NCBI RefSeq assembly: GCF_001194135.2
Contig: NC_068995.1
Location: 57,498,201 to 57,553,108, forward strand
From: Octopus bimaculoides
Lineage: Eukaryota
Direction: 5' to 3'
Length of the DNA: 54,908 nucleotides
The notes under the pieces are model-generated. The model saw only the letters and a program-made list of their open reading frames with translations. It was not told the origin of the DNA and searched no databases. Position 1 is the first letter of the stretch; the number at the start of each line of letters is the position of its first letter. The translations under genes and the position numbers were made by a program. Below, piece after piece: positions 1-14,139 of the stretch.

Positions 1-862
1 ATATATATATATATATATACACATATATATTGGTGTATGCATATGTAATTATATAAGTATACACACATATGTTTATGTCTGTGTATACAAATGTGTATCT
101 ATGCATACATACAAATGTGTGTGTATATATACACACATACACACATATGCTTACACATGCATACATACACCCCCCCCCCGACTCTGAACAGTCAATTATT
201 CTATAATGACTCAAGTTAATCAGTGAGGATGTTGTCATCTACCGTGATGTTGTTCCTTATCAAAGCCACTCGTTTCCATTTTCAGGGTTAATTTATATAA
301 GAGCATAGCTCACAGCACATTTGGTGTTATCGAAACACACATAGAGACACACTCACACACACAAAGAAAAAAAATAATCAATAAACAAAATAAATGAAAA
401 TACAAAAAGATGTTTGTGTTTGTGTATACAAGTAAACGTAAACTCTGATTTATAAGTAGCCTTCTTTTCGTTTTTTATTTCTTTCATACATATTTCGACA
501 AAACATTGTCATTTGAGTCGATGTCTTTGATGACACTGCCATTTCCTTTTGCATTTAATTCTTCTTGAATTAAGAACAAACGCCATTTTTTGTTTTCATT
601 CCATCTTATAATTTCTCCGGTTTCTCCCATGAACATTTGGAAATGATTGTGAATAAACACAGAGCGGTATTGATGGTACAAATAACTGTCATACTTCATT
701 TAGCTCTTCCAGACACAATTTGACCAGCACTGACGTGTTCGTTCAGTCCTTATTGTGTTAAATATATGTATATATATATGTGTGTATATGTATGTGTGTG
801 TGTCTATTTATATATATTATATAATGTATATATATATATATAATCTATATGTATATTATTTA

Positions 863-904
<42 letters not shown>

Positions 905-1141
905 CCTATATGCATATGTGTATGTATGGTGTATATAATTATTTATGTTTATTTTCTTATTCTCTTGCTTCTGTCATTTATCGAGACTTTATACACATAC
1001 ACATATATATAATTACATATACATAATTATGTATGAGTGCGTGTGTGTTTGTGTGTATGTAAACTATATTATCAGAAATAGATACCAAAAGAACAAATGG
1101 TCGTATCAGATTCATAATCTTTGCATATTCCATGATGCTAG

Positions 1142-1192
<51 letters not shown>

Positions 1193-1229
1193 NNNNNNNN
1201 NNNNNNNNNNNNNNNNNNNNNNNNNNNNN

Positions 1230-1271
<42 letters not shown>

Positions 1272-1554
1272 CTCTCACACACTCACACCAACACACACAC
1301 GCACACATACTCACTCACTCACACACGAGCATACACTCATACACGCACATGGCGTAATGATAACTCTACAGTTAATTTATTTGAAAGCTTTAGGTGTAGA
1401 GATTGACATGTTGACATGATATGAAAACGTTGTATTGTTGTTTTCTGGTGTAAACAGAAAATAATTTAGGGGGATCGTTTCGCAAAATATTTTAGGGATA
1501 ATTGTCCATCATCAGAGAAGGTATAGCAGTGTTCATCGGCTACCCTGAGAAATG

Positions 1555-1635
<81 letters not shown>

Positions 1636-2089
1636 ACCATTATATGCAACAGAAGTACTATTAGATTAAAGTTACCAGGTGTCTATTAGAAACATCAGTG
1701 ATTACTTTTCAATGATCTCATGTATATGTGTGATGATGCATTTCGTTTAAGCAGCCTGGCAGCGCGTGTACGCTATTGATAACATATAATAAAGTAGAAA
1801 TTCATTTAACGTTCACATATGCTGCTACTGGGATGTTTTCCATCACTTTCTGATACATACATACTATTTTTAAACAGTATGTTCATAGAGATACTATCGC
1901 CGGACGAATACAACAGTAAATATGTATATGTATTGTAACACAGTCACAAAGCATGCTGTCCTAGGCAGCGAATTTCTTAGACTCAGGTATTTGTTTGTGC
2001 AAGAATCTTAAGAAAATTCTTTGTCTATTATGTTGTTATTTAGATCAAGAATAACACCGAATGAACACATTACTTACGATCAACGGCAT

Positions 2090-2210
2090 TCCAGTCGAGG
2101 GAATCTAATTTATCTAGGAGATTGTCTCAATGTCTCTTTTCTTTAGTGTTAGACGATCTAACACTGAGGGAGACTTAACCGCAATTTCTTTCTAACAGGC
2201 CAGATGACAA
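2090..2210 (+). mobile_element. Degenerate fragment of a recurrent SINE-like repeat (gagggagatttagctgctatttctagc-type tail)
   Basis: Similar motif recurs at about 24165-24250 (-), 41420-41460 (+) and 42245-42300 (-). Confidence 0.4.
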
Positions 2211-2629
2211 CTTAAAAGATTCATCCTTGGCTCATTCATCTTTAGTATATCTGTGTTCTTGCATGTGTGTGTATGTGTGTGTATGTGTACATGTTTAGCT
2301 GCGAGCGTGTTTACCTGTAAATTTGAGCTGCTCCCAAATCATGTAATTTTAGCTCTAGGTTTCTGGAACAAAAAATAAAGACGGAAAAAGAAAGAAAGAA
2401 AAAAGAAAATGTGCTTTTGAGTATTATAATCATGCTGGCGTAGATCCTAGCACCAGATTTCACAGGATTGAGAACGTTTCGCCATCAATTTCCGTACTAC
2501 ATTCTCTACAGAACAAAAATTATTTTCTTTATTCTTGTTTAGCTCAGAAAATGACAAACCATTGTTATATATCCATTAGAAATAGAGAAATTAACTTGAA
2601 CACCACATCTCAGGCTATTCTTCTTCGTC

Positions 2630-2631
<2 letters not shown>

Positions 2632-2699
<68 letters not shown>
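2632..2699. repeat. (ATT)n microsatellite
   Basis: Direct reading. Confidence 0.98.
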
Positions 2700-2701
<2 letters not shown>

Positions 2702-3143
2702 ATAGTTATTGTGTTTGCAATTGATTTTGATATTGTGGAACTTTTCCATCATTATCAACATGGCCACCATCGTCGTTATATCANNNNNNNNNNNNNNNNN
2801 NNNNNNNNNNNNNNNNNNNNNNNNNNNNNNNNNNNNNNNNNNNNNNNNNNNNNNNNNNNNNNNNNNNNNNNNNNNNNNNNNNNNNNNNNNNNNNNNNNNN
2901 NNNNNNNNNNNNNNNNNNNNNNNNNNNNNNNNNNNNNNNNNNNNNNNNNNNNNNNNNNNNNNNNNNNNNNNNNNNNNNNNNNNNNNNNNNNNNNNNNNNN
3001 NNNNNNNNNNNNNNNNNNNNNNNNNNNNNNNNNNNNNNNNNNNNNNNNNNNNNNNNNNNNNNNNNNNNNNNNNNNNNNNNNNNNNNNNNNNNNNNNNNNN
3101 NNNNNNNNNNNNNNNNNNNNNNNNNNNNNNNNNNNNNNNNNNN

Positions 3144-3175
<32 letters not shown>

Positions 3176-3521
3176 ATATATATATATATATGTATGTATA
3201 TATATATGTATATTTATATATACATACACATGTATGTATGTATGTATGTATATATGAAGATATAGATATATATGTCTGAAGCTGATAATTTACTCCGTCT
3301 CTACAATCTGCTAGTAGCGACGGAGGGATTAGCAACTTCAAACGAATAAACAAATATGAGTCCATCTTCCCCCGTTTGCACTCCCAACTATACACACATA
3401 CACACACATATACGCCCAGGCATACATATGTAATATGTATGTATATTGACATGCCATGTTCTAATTTGCATTTACTCTTTTAATCATTCATTAATTGTTA
3501 CAATGTACTGCAGTCTTTATT

Positions 3522-3523
3522 TA

Positions 3524-3575
<52 letters not shown>

Positions 3576-3607
3576 GTTATTACTATTGTTATTATTATTA
3601 TTATTAT
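3522..3607. repeat. (ATT)n microsatellite about 70 nt upstream of the onecut acceptor
   Basis: Direct reading; source of the poly-Tyr in the ORF track. Confidence 0.97.
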
Positions 3608-3674
3608 CATTCGTGTTACCCGAAGACTTCTAATTATTCTTTTGTTTCTTTTTTTCTTCTTTACCAATTTCTAG

Positions 3675-3964
3675 CATGCAAACGGAAAGAGCAAGACCAA
3701 CAAAGTCCCCCAGAAGAGAACAGGCCACCTAAAAAACCAAGACTGGTATTCACCGATATTCAAAGACGCACCTTACATGCAATATTCAAAGAAACCAAAC
3801 GTCCGTCAAAAGAAATGCAAGCAACTATTGCACAACAGCTGGGTCTGGAAGTCAGCACTGTGGCAAATTTCTTCATGAATGCACGACGACGTTCGGTGGA
3901 TAAATGGCGAGATGATAACGGCAACAGTCAAAGAGAAAGTGGCTCAACCTGCACTAAAAGCTGA
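3675..3964 (+). CDS. onecut: Terminal coding exon of a Onecut (HNF6-class) CUT-homeobox transcription factor: linker end, homeodomain and C-terminal tail
   Basis: Translation (A)CKRKEQ...[60 protein letters not shown]...STCTKS* carries the diagnostic Onecut homeodomain with F48 and M50. There is a pyrimidine-rich acceptor ending ...ttctag at 3673-3674 (phase 1, G|CA TGC AAA) and a stop TGA at 3962-3964. The ORF-track start at 3446 is intronic microsatellite. Confidence 0.97.
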
Positions 3965-4009
3965 GCAACACCAGCGACGCCAGTCTTACTCTTCTTTATA
4001 TAAATATAC

Positions 4010-4040
<31 letters not shown>

Positions 4041-4068
4041 TACACACACATGCATCATATATACATGC

Positions 4069-4099
<31 letters not shown>

Positions 4100-4597
4100 T
4101 ATATATATATGTTTATATATATATGTGTGTGTGTGTATATGTGTATGTGTGTGTGTATATATATATATATGTAAGTATATATACACATACAAAGTTATAC
4201 ATAGCATTGCCAGTTTGACCAATCAGTACATCACATTCGGTTTCTCATTTTACCATTTTGTTATTTTGATAAACTAAAAATTTCCCAGCTCCCCCCACTC
4301 CACTTCCTTCATTTCTTTGAAGACCAGTTATTATCTAAAAGACAGACGAAGAATACAAGATTTTAAAATTTGAAACAAAAAAAATAATAATAAAAAAACA
4401 AATGTTTAAAAAACAGAAAAAAAGACAAACAAGTGAAAACAAGAACTACAAGAAGATGATGAAGAAATAAACAAAAGCTAGAGATAGATTTTTTTATTGG
4501 AAAGATTGAAACAAAAAGAATTCGTTTCAAATGAAATGAATGATGCAGTTTGTATTTAATACAAGTTGCAGCTATTCAGAAAAAAGTTTCCCCTCTT

Positions 4598-4636
<39 letters not shown>

Positions 4637-4805
4637 CTAGCATGTAAACATACATTTCTAACTAAATATGTAGATTCTGTTATATATGCTACATGGTCAC
4701 ATGTGGTACAAAAACAGTTCACATTTATGTGATGTAAATGTATCATCTGATCGCCATTCTTTATGCAATAGTTTATTTATACGATCTATTAATGAGAAGA
4801 AAAAA

Positions 4806-4845
<40 letters not shown>

Positions 4846-5100
4846 NNNNNNNNNNNNNNNNNNNNNNNNNNNNNNNNNNNNNNNNNNNNNNNNNNNNNNN
4901 NNNNNNNNNNNNNNNNNNNNNNNNNNNNNNNNNNNNNNNNNNNNNNNNNNNNNNNNNNNNNNNNNNNNNNNNNNNNNNNNNNNNNNNNNNNNNNNNNNNN
5001 NNNNNNNNNNNNNNNNNATATATAAGCGTATTTATATTTAAAGTATGCAAAGCAAAGAAGAATTAAATAAAAGACAGACTTGTTCGTAGGAACAACAAAT
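3965..5100 (+). other. Proximal onecut 3' UTR (true end unknown)
   Basis: Directly follows the stop codon. AU-rich, with AATAAA at 4389, 4466 and 5066; which signal is used cannot be determined from sequence. Confidence 0.55.
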
Positions 5101-5125
5101 ATCAATATCAATAATAACAATATTA

Positions 5126-5164
<39 letters not shown>

Positions 5165-7282
5165 TTGATAGTAGTAATAATAATGAGAATAATAATGTTT
5201 AATGATAGTAACAGTAAAATCATCAACACCACTTTTGTCCTTAAGATATGTTGCCGTCATCTTGGCTGAGTAGAAGTTGCAATTGTTTCATATGAATCAT
5301 TTTGCAAGATATAAATGGTTGGAGAGATTTTGACTCCGTTATTGGAAAGAAAGACTTAGCTCTCTGAAAAAAGTCGGAGAGTAACAAGAAATGACTACAA
5401 GAACAACACGGTCAACTGCAGTAGCTGCACTATTTCAAAAGTACTAGGAATATTTCAATGAACAAAAACAGAAAAAGTCATCGCTTGTGCTTTTGAAAAC
5501 GCAACTGCGGCTGTTTTGTGCAACTGGAACCATCTGCTTGGAAAAGATGGAGGAAACGAACAGGATGTCTGGGTAGCATTCAAATTATAAAAAATACGTT
5601 TGTCATTGTAACGATCATACAAACAACTTTAACGATGACCAAGATAACTAACAACAGCTAACCATGAACTTTGCTCCGCCAACAGTTTAGGTTCTTCAAA
5701 GACTTAATTTTTATAGCATTTATATATTGCAAATCATTCTATTCGATGTAAAATAAAACCAACAAAAACAACCATGCTAAGAGCTCTCATATCCGGAATA
5801 ACTCTGTATTGGTAGGTTTTACTGCAAAAAAAAAAAGAAAAAAAGAAACCATGTAGTTACTACGAGCAAATTATCATTATCAAACCAATTGACTTGTAAT
5901 TTTAAATATTAAACCTAATTAATTAACTACCAAACAACCCACAAATTGCTGATTATTATACGAAGAAAAACAAAAACGAAACAAAAAAAATACACCTTCA
6001 AATGAAGACATCTGAAAAATGCTCGTGCTACTAACTCCATTGCAAAGAATATATAAAGGATCGGGAAGGAACCGTGTATATATAACATTGCATCGGTTTG
6101 TGGTGAATGCCTCGGTAGCTGGTTTTTCATACAACATCCAAATTTTAAATGGGTTATAGTGATACTATATAACTTTAGAAAGAAAAAGCCACATATATAT
6201 ATACATATACATATATCTTCGTGATACGCCAGTAGTAATTAACACTGCAAATACAACAAATACAAAACATACATAAAATACAAAAACAGTATGGGGAGAA
6301 CCTGCCTTAGCTCCATATTCTATCTGGGGAGAGGAGATTCCAATCACAATCCCTACCATCACCTTAGTTGCCATTTCGGGATTTCAGTAGATGGCTTGCA
6401 GCTTCACAAAATCGCTGTGCTGCCTTAAAAAAAAACAATAAAATAGAAAGGAAAATACATGGAGGAAAGAAAAGATTGAAAAACAACAAAACAACAACAA
6501 TATTAAACTGCTGAACCACATCCAACGGATGGAGGGGAAAAGAAAGAAATTTGTACAAAGGAAAAATTAATGTGCGGATTCCACGTCTTCATACAAGTCA
6601 TTAATTTTTTTTTTCTTATTAACTTAATTTTCTGTTTATCTGAGTTAGTTATTCATAAATAGAGAGAAAATATAACTGAAAATGACACAAAAAAACAAAA
6701 AAAAACAAAAACAAGAAAATAGTAACAAACTATAATATTTAAATACTGGGCTGCAAAGATTTATTATTATTATTATTTTAAATAATGAATTTCTCTTTGC
6801 ATGGAAAGTGTGTTGGATTTCTTTGAAATAAAACCAGACTTGCTTTAAATGGTTCTTCTACTTGCAAAATATTCTTCAACTGGTTGCATTTATTCTAAAA
6901 TTTACAACGCTTTTTTAAATCATGTTGAGCGTATCTGCTTTCTTCATGTGCATTCCGGCGCTAGCAACATTAAAGATGGGCACGTTCATAACAGCCAGTC
7001 TTAGAGAGAGAGAGAGTAAAGAGGATGAAGGAGAAGAGAACGAGGAGAAAGACAAAAATCGGTCATTGACACAAAAAAGAAGAAGAAAAAGAAAGAATAT
7101 TCTTCAAACGAAAAGAAAGCCACAAGAAAGAACAAGAACCAAATGACACACATCGCGAGAATTGTAGAGTTCTGCGAGTTGGTCGTTCTGAGATTGCTAT
7201 TGTTATTCTCTGACATACATACATACATACATACATACCCACATACCCACAGACATACATACATGCATATATACATACATAT

Positions 7283-7366
<84 letters not shown>

Positions 7367-7684
7367 GTATCAAGTGGGTATGTATACATATATATCATCC
7401 CAAACCCCAAAACGGTTGCACAAGATCATGAGAAACAACAATATCATAGAAATATGAAGAAGATAGCAACTGAAGGCAGCAACACGAGGGATTTCACATA
7501 GAGTCTGCCTGTCTGCTCGCCCACTACAGCGTCATGTATCGATAATATACATACATACTTATGTAGAGAGGTTATGTGCCTCCGGCCATTTGAGTCTGGC
7601 GAGTCGCCTATACAGCTAAGTGCTTTATAGGTGGGAAACCAATGGTCACTCTCTAACCGGACATAATAAACAACCTTCCGTGTA

Positions 7685-7734
<50 letters not shown>

Positions 7735-9658
7735 GTTATCGTGGTTTGAAATCTTCAGTCCTTGCTTCACAATCGTAAATGTAATAACTAACTAAAAGGC
7801 GTAATTTGTTCACAACATTTTCTCCTCTCATATAATCTACCTCTGAACGAATGAATATACATACATACATACACACACACATATATGCATGCATGCATGT
7901 ATATATGTGTGTGTGTATGTGTATGTAAATATGTGTATGCATATATATATATATTTATGCATGTATATATGTTCACAGGGGGAGAGTCAGAGAGAGAGAG
8001 AGAGGGAGGGAGAGAGAGATGTCTCGGAATTCAACGGCTCCCTTCTAGTTATGCAAGACGTTAGGAAGGAAGATTTCTTCATCTAGAAAAGGGTTTTCTT
8101 TTCTGGAAAATGTCTGATGGTATTCATTTAAATGACTTGTATGCATGTATATATATACATGCTTGTATGTATATGTATATATATATATATATATGTATAT
8201 ATAGATACATACACAAAGAGTTATACTCCTTACCCTCTTATGCAAGGCTGTAATGATCTGCAAGAAGTTTCTTTCTGAAAACAAACGAAAAAAAAGAACA
8301 TGGTAATGTATGAATAGATGTAGAATATATACAAATATTTATATATATCTACTAAGTTATGAATATATATATNNNNNNNNNNNNNNNNNNNNNNNNNNNN
8401 NNNNNNNNNNNNNNNNNNNNNNNNNNNNNNNNNNNNNNNNNNNNNNNNNNNNNNNNNNNNNNNNNNNNNNNNNNNNNNNNNNNNNNNNNNNNNNNNNNNN
8501 NNNNNNNNNNNNNNNNNNNNNNNNNNNNNNNNNNNNNNNNNNNNNNNNNNNNNNNNNNNNNNNNNNNNNNNNNNNNNNNNNNNNNNNNNNNNNNNNNNNN
8601 NNNNNNNNNNNNNNNNNNNNNNNCTCCACGTCGCATCTCTGTATCCTTCACTACTTGACACTAATTTCACCCTGCTAGTCTAATTAACTCAATCGAGCAT
8701 TGATTCCAATAAAGTTTTAATTGTTCTTCAATGGAAAATAAGAATAATAATGATAAAAGAATGAAAAATAATACATAAATAAATATAAGAAAATAAAAGC
8801 AGTCACATTTTGGGCAAAAGATTATTCGCTCGCGAACTGATCTCAGTATGGGGGCAAATCAACGGACTGGATTTTAAATAAAAAAAAGAAGAAAAAAAGA
8901 CCACTAAAAAAAGAAAAAAACACTAAAAAAAATTAACTGAAACAATTAACGCAGTATTTGTTAATGAAAAGAAAAAAGAAAAGACAAATAACAAACATAC
9001 AACAAAAATATTGTCATTTACAGTATTTACTGAAATGTAATATATATGCATTTAAATATCATGACAACATATACATACATACCTTATATATATATGCATT
9101 AACACACATACACACGCAAATATATAATTCTATATAAATTATAGACATGTTGTATAAGCATTCCTTGTTTCAAATGAACCAATCGTTGTTCCAAATGCAA
9201 TCAATTGATTCATTACTCGCTGCCAGGGTTCATATTCGCTGGATCTAAATAAACTGTTTTTTCGTTTTTGGTTTTTTTTTTTGCGTATTGTAAAATTTTC
9301 TATCTGTGTCTGTCTCACTAACTCTCCCTCTCTTTACCTCTGTCGCCACAAATACGAATATACTCATGCACACACACACACACACACACAAGACAGACAA
9401 AGTACCTTTGTCTTTTCTCCCCGTCTTTTCTGTCTCTCCCTTTCTTTCTTCAGACACAATCTCTCTTCTCTTTCTCAATAATATAAACGGCAGCCGAGAA
9501 TTTGGAGGCAATAAAATGAAGAATATACGAAAACAAAAGTGTTTTTTTACACCTAATATCTATATGTAACAACAACAATATCAACATCTAACAAATGAAT
9601 AAACTGGATAAGAACTTTATTGTATATGGAAAACAAAACGAAACAAAAAAAAAATTAT

Positions 9659-9713
<55 letters not shown>

Positions 9714-10077
9714 TGTTGGTTTTGAAATTATGTAAATCATCAATGCAAATAGAAAACAAACAAACAAAAAGATTAGAAAAAAATAGTACAAAAATATAAG
9801 GTAAATCATAGGTAAAAATATTTTGAATGATCACAGGAAAAAAAAAATGACCAAATTTCTGCAAACGCTAGAATGGTATATAAAAATATAAAGAAGTAAC
9901 GTGAAATTATAAAGGGGAAATATATGAAAAAAAAAAAAAAATAATAATAAAATAAACCCAACTGGTTTTAATATTTCAAAAAAAAAAAACAGAACACACA
10001 TAAAAAACATAAACGTTGAGAAAGCATAAGTGATGGCACACTGAATATGGTAGCTTCTAATTGTGTGTATACATGTG

Positions 10078-10152
<75 letters not shown>

Positions 10153-10650
10153 ATGTGTGTATACCTACATGTATATATATGCATATACATATGTATATAT
10201 ATATATATAGGTGTATGTGCAGATGCATATACACGTATGTGTATTTGCGTGTATATATGCATATACATATGTATACGCATATAAATTGTGTATGTGAGTG
10301 AGTGTATGCATGGCTGTAAACGGTGTGTTATGATGAAAAGACTGGTGAGAACATAAATATAAACATGAAACGAAACAACAACAACAAAGAACAGACAAAA
10401 AATAAAGAGAAACAAGTTTTACACCATCACATGAAATGTATACTATTGGATGCAATATAAATATATATACATATATATATATACTTATATATATACACAT
10501 ACATGTGGAAACCTGTATATACGTTTGCGTATGTGTTTGTATTGAAGCATATTGGTCTACCTGCGTTAGTGTTTGTGAGAATGTGAGTGCCACTTATATA
10601 GTATCACAATGATAACTAGTAGTAGTAGTAACAACAACAACAACAACAAC

Positions 10651-10712
<62 letters not shown>

Positions 10713-11372
10713 CGGCATAGAGTTCAGTTTCTGTGTGCTAGTATTATTTCGATTCTGGTTAAAAATTTAAAATGAGTAATAAAAGGATAAAAAATCCTGG
10801 AGGTTTTAGTTTCTTGAAAGAGGTTAAACCATTAAAAAAAAAAACAATAAGAAGAAACGATATCATGTGAGAAAAATATTGAAACAAAGCGTAATTCTGA
10901 AGAGGCGTGAGATTATACACACACACACAAGCATATCTACACACACTTATATATACATATTTATATATATATATATATACTAGTGTGTGTGTATGTATGT
11001 ATATATATATTGTATATAACGGATCATAATCCAAGTTGTCCTCGTGAAGCCCATTTGCATGTTCACATTAATCAAATGTATGTATATAGATGTTATATAG
11101 ATGTTTTATTTTACATGAGATATACATGGCATTGAAAACTGCGAGGAATTACTTATCAAACCAAAATGCTCGAAAAATTCAGTATATTTTTAATTCCATG
11201 TTACACCTGTTTCATAGCAGGATAAAAGTTGCAAAGATATCCATGTAGATCTAACACGTATACTTTTGTGACTTCTATCTTTTAATGAAACACGTATAAC
11301 ACGAAATGAAAAATATACCAAATTTTTCCAGTCTTTTGTTTTGATATATATATACACACACACACATAGTAG

Positions 11373-11456
<84 letters not shown>

Positions 11457-11914
11457 CACACATACATAATAGTATGTACATGTCTAAAATAGATAATAAA
11501 CAGAGACAACACTTACATGCAGATAGAATGTGAATAAATTATCTTGCATGCATTAGGTACCCGAGCGAAAAGGAGTATACACGCTTGATTGGAAGGCAAT
11601 AACCCGTTGAAACTTGTCGAAATGTTCTCGAGTTTGTCTTGTAGAGAAAGTTCTGTTGCCTAACTACAGGATCTAGTCACATTGAGAATTTGAATGTCTG
11701 CTTACGAAACGAATGAAAGCATAACAACTTATTCACAATATGTGTGCGCATGTGTGTATGTGTTTATGTATATATATACATGCACATATGTATATATGTG
11801 TATATACTTTTTTTTCACACTAATTTTTATTGGCAGTTTACATCGCAGTCTTACTATTTTCCTGATCCGCCCTTCTTGACTTGACCCTTTTTCTTTCTTT
11901 TTCTCCTTTTATCA

Positions 11915-11986
<72 letters not shown>

Positions 11987-12228
11987 TAACAGACAGATAA
12001 CCAAATCTGTCAACAATAAAGGGTGGAAACAAACATTTTTTTTATTAATAATAATGATAATGATAAACAACAAAAATCATCGCCGCCGCCGCTACACTAA
12101 TTATAGTAATGATAGAATTAGTAATAGCAGTAGTCGTAATAGCTGTTGTAATTGTAGTAGTTGTAACTTTATTATTATTATTATTATTAATAATAATAAT
12201 GATAATAATAATAATAATAATAATAATA

Positions 12229-12285
<57 letters not shown>

Positions 12286-12749
12286 TGACGTGGGTAATTG
12301 CCTTCCAGTGAACAGTAATGGTTTTAACAAATATGTATGTGTGTGTGTATACACATACATATATACACATATATACATACGCACACATAAATATATGCAT
12401 TCATATATATATACATATATGTGTTTGCATTTTATATACATGCACACACATAATTTGGTACTTGTATGTCTGTATGTATGTTTGAACGTAAATCTGTTTA
12501 AACATGTATATATGTGCATACATATGCACGTATGTATGTATGTATGTATGTATGTGTGTTTGCATGTATGTATGTATGTATGTATTTGAATATATCTACG
12601 TATGGCTAGAAAGTTCTCTCTCACTGCTAATAACAAACCATTTTTTCCCAAATTCATTTTTCTGACTTATTAATAACAGTTTTATCAGATTGTCACAACA
12701 TCGCGTCTGTCAACCAGTAAACCGCCCTAATGCACCAAATGAAGGTCGG

Positions 12750-12885
12750 TCGTATGTCTGTCTCTACGGAAGACAGATTGCCGAGTTCGAGTCACGCCTT
12801 GGTTGACTTTAGGAAGAGGAATTTCATAAGTGTTAACCATGTTTTCTAAGGACTGATTCTTAATTCCTTGTGCCAATTTAATAAC
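12750..12885 (+). mobile_element. Degenerate tRNA-derived SINE head
   Basis: B-box-like ccgagttcgagtc at about 12781-12793 followed by gccttggttgacttt, resembling the family seen at 30465. Confidence 0.4.
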
Positions 12886-12936
12886 TCATCATCATCATCA
12901 TCATTGTTATCATTATTATTATTATTATTATTATTA

Positions 12937-13008
<72 letters not shown>

Positions 13009-13736
13009 GCGCTGAGTTGACAGAAACTTTAGTTCGTGCCTAAGTCGTCGAATTCGCTATCCATCTGTCTAGGGCGGGCTGTGAAGTCGGTGTCAATAGC
13101 ATAACTACCAGTCATTGAAATGAGGATTGACGGGAAACTACTATGAGAAGCCAGTGTGACCATCATTGTTCGCTGGTGTCATTGTTGCTTGTAGGCAATC
13201 GGATACATTGATAGATTAGAGGCCATTTATAGGCTGACTGACATTTTCAGTTGGGTGTGTGGGATTCTTGCAACGTTAGTTACAGGATGAGTAACCAGCG
13301 ACCATTCAATCTCGGTGCAGTTGATTCGCAGAGATTCTGTGAAAACGTATTAAAGGGAGATCAATTGTGAACCTTTACTATCCGTGTTCATATAAACAGC
13401 GCCGAGAGGTGAAAGTTGGCTTTTAATTTTCCGGCACTCGATGTGATGTTCATATGATATATCCTAGATAAGAATAGAATTACAATGGCAGCCGCGGTCC
13501 AGCTGTGACTCTCACCTCTGATCAACTTCCAATCTACTTAACTACATACTAATGCATCTACCGTCGATTAGTGGAAGATAAATCTCCGGCTGGCAGAGAT
13601 TCTGCACCAGTTCCAACTCCTCACTGATGTCATCTTTTTTTCATCTATTTATATATTTCGCTTAAGTTGCTAATACCCCGGAGAAAAGCATGAATCTGTG
13701 GCCTTGCATTTTAAAACAAATCATCATCGTCATTAA

Positions 13737-13778
<42 letters not shown>

Positions 13779-13870
13779 TATTATTATTATTATTATTATC
13801 ATCATCATCATCATCACCGTCGTCGTCGTCATCGTCGAAGTCATCATCGTCATCATCATTATATTGTAAC

Positions 13871-13951
<81 letters not shown>

Positions 13952-14139
13952 CTATGTAGACACTTCTAAGAAAATAGCATGATGCAAATATTTTTTAAGG
14001 GAAAATCTCAGAGAGCAATTGAACATTTATATGCATATTTCTCAAACATGTACATTATTCTTTTTGAACAAAGCGAACACCTGATGTTCTTCTGAAACCA
14101 TAAATAACAACAACAACAACAGCAACCATTACACTAAAG

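Larger units (their letters stand above)
1..3674 (+). other. 3' part of the onecut intron separating the CUT-domain exon from the homeodomain exon
   Basis: No CUT-domain coding sequence is visible upstream in the window (two N-gaps are not assessable). The interval ends in the acceptor of the homeodomain exon. Confidence 0.8.

Noticed and set aside
3446-3674. 5' part of the 172-aa ORF preceding the homeodomain
   Set aside because: Intronic (ATT)n and pyrimidine tract read in frame by chance. The real exon begins at the acceptor at 3675.
6069-6098. Short hairpin aaccgtgta...tgcatcggtt
   Set aside because: Only about 9 bp with a bulge; too small for a pre-miRNA and expected by chance.
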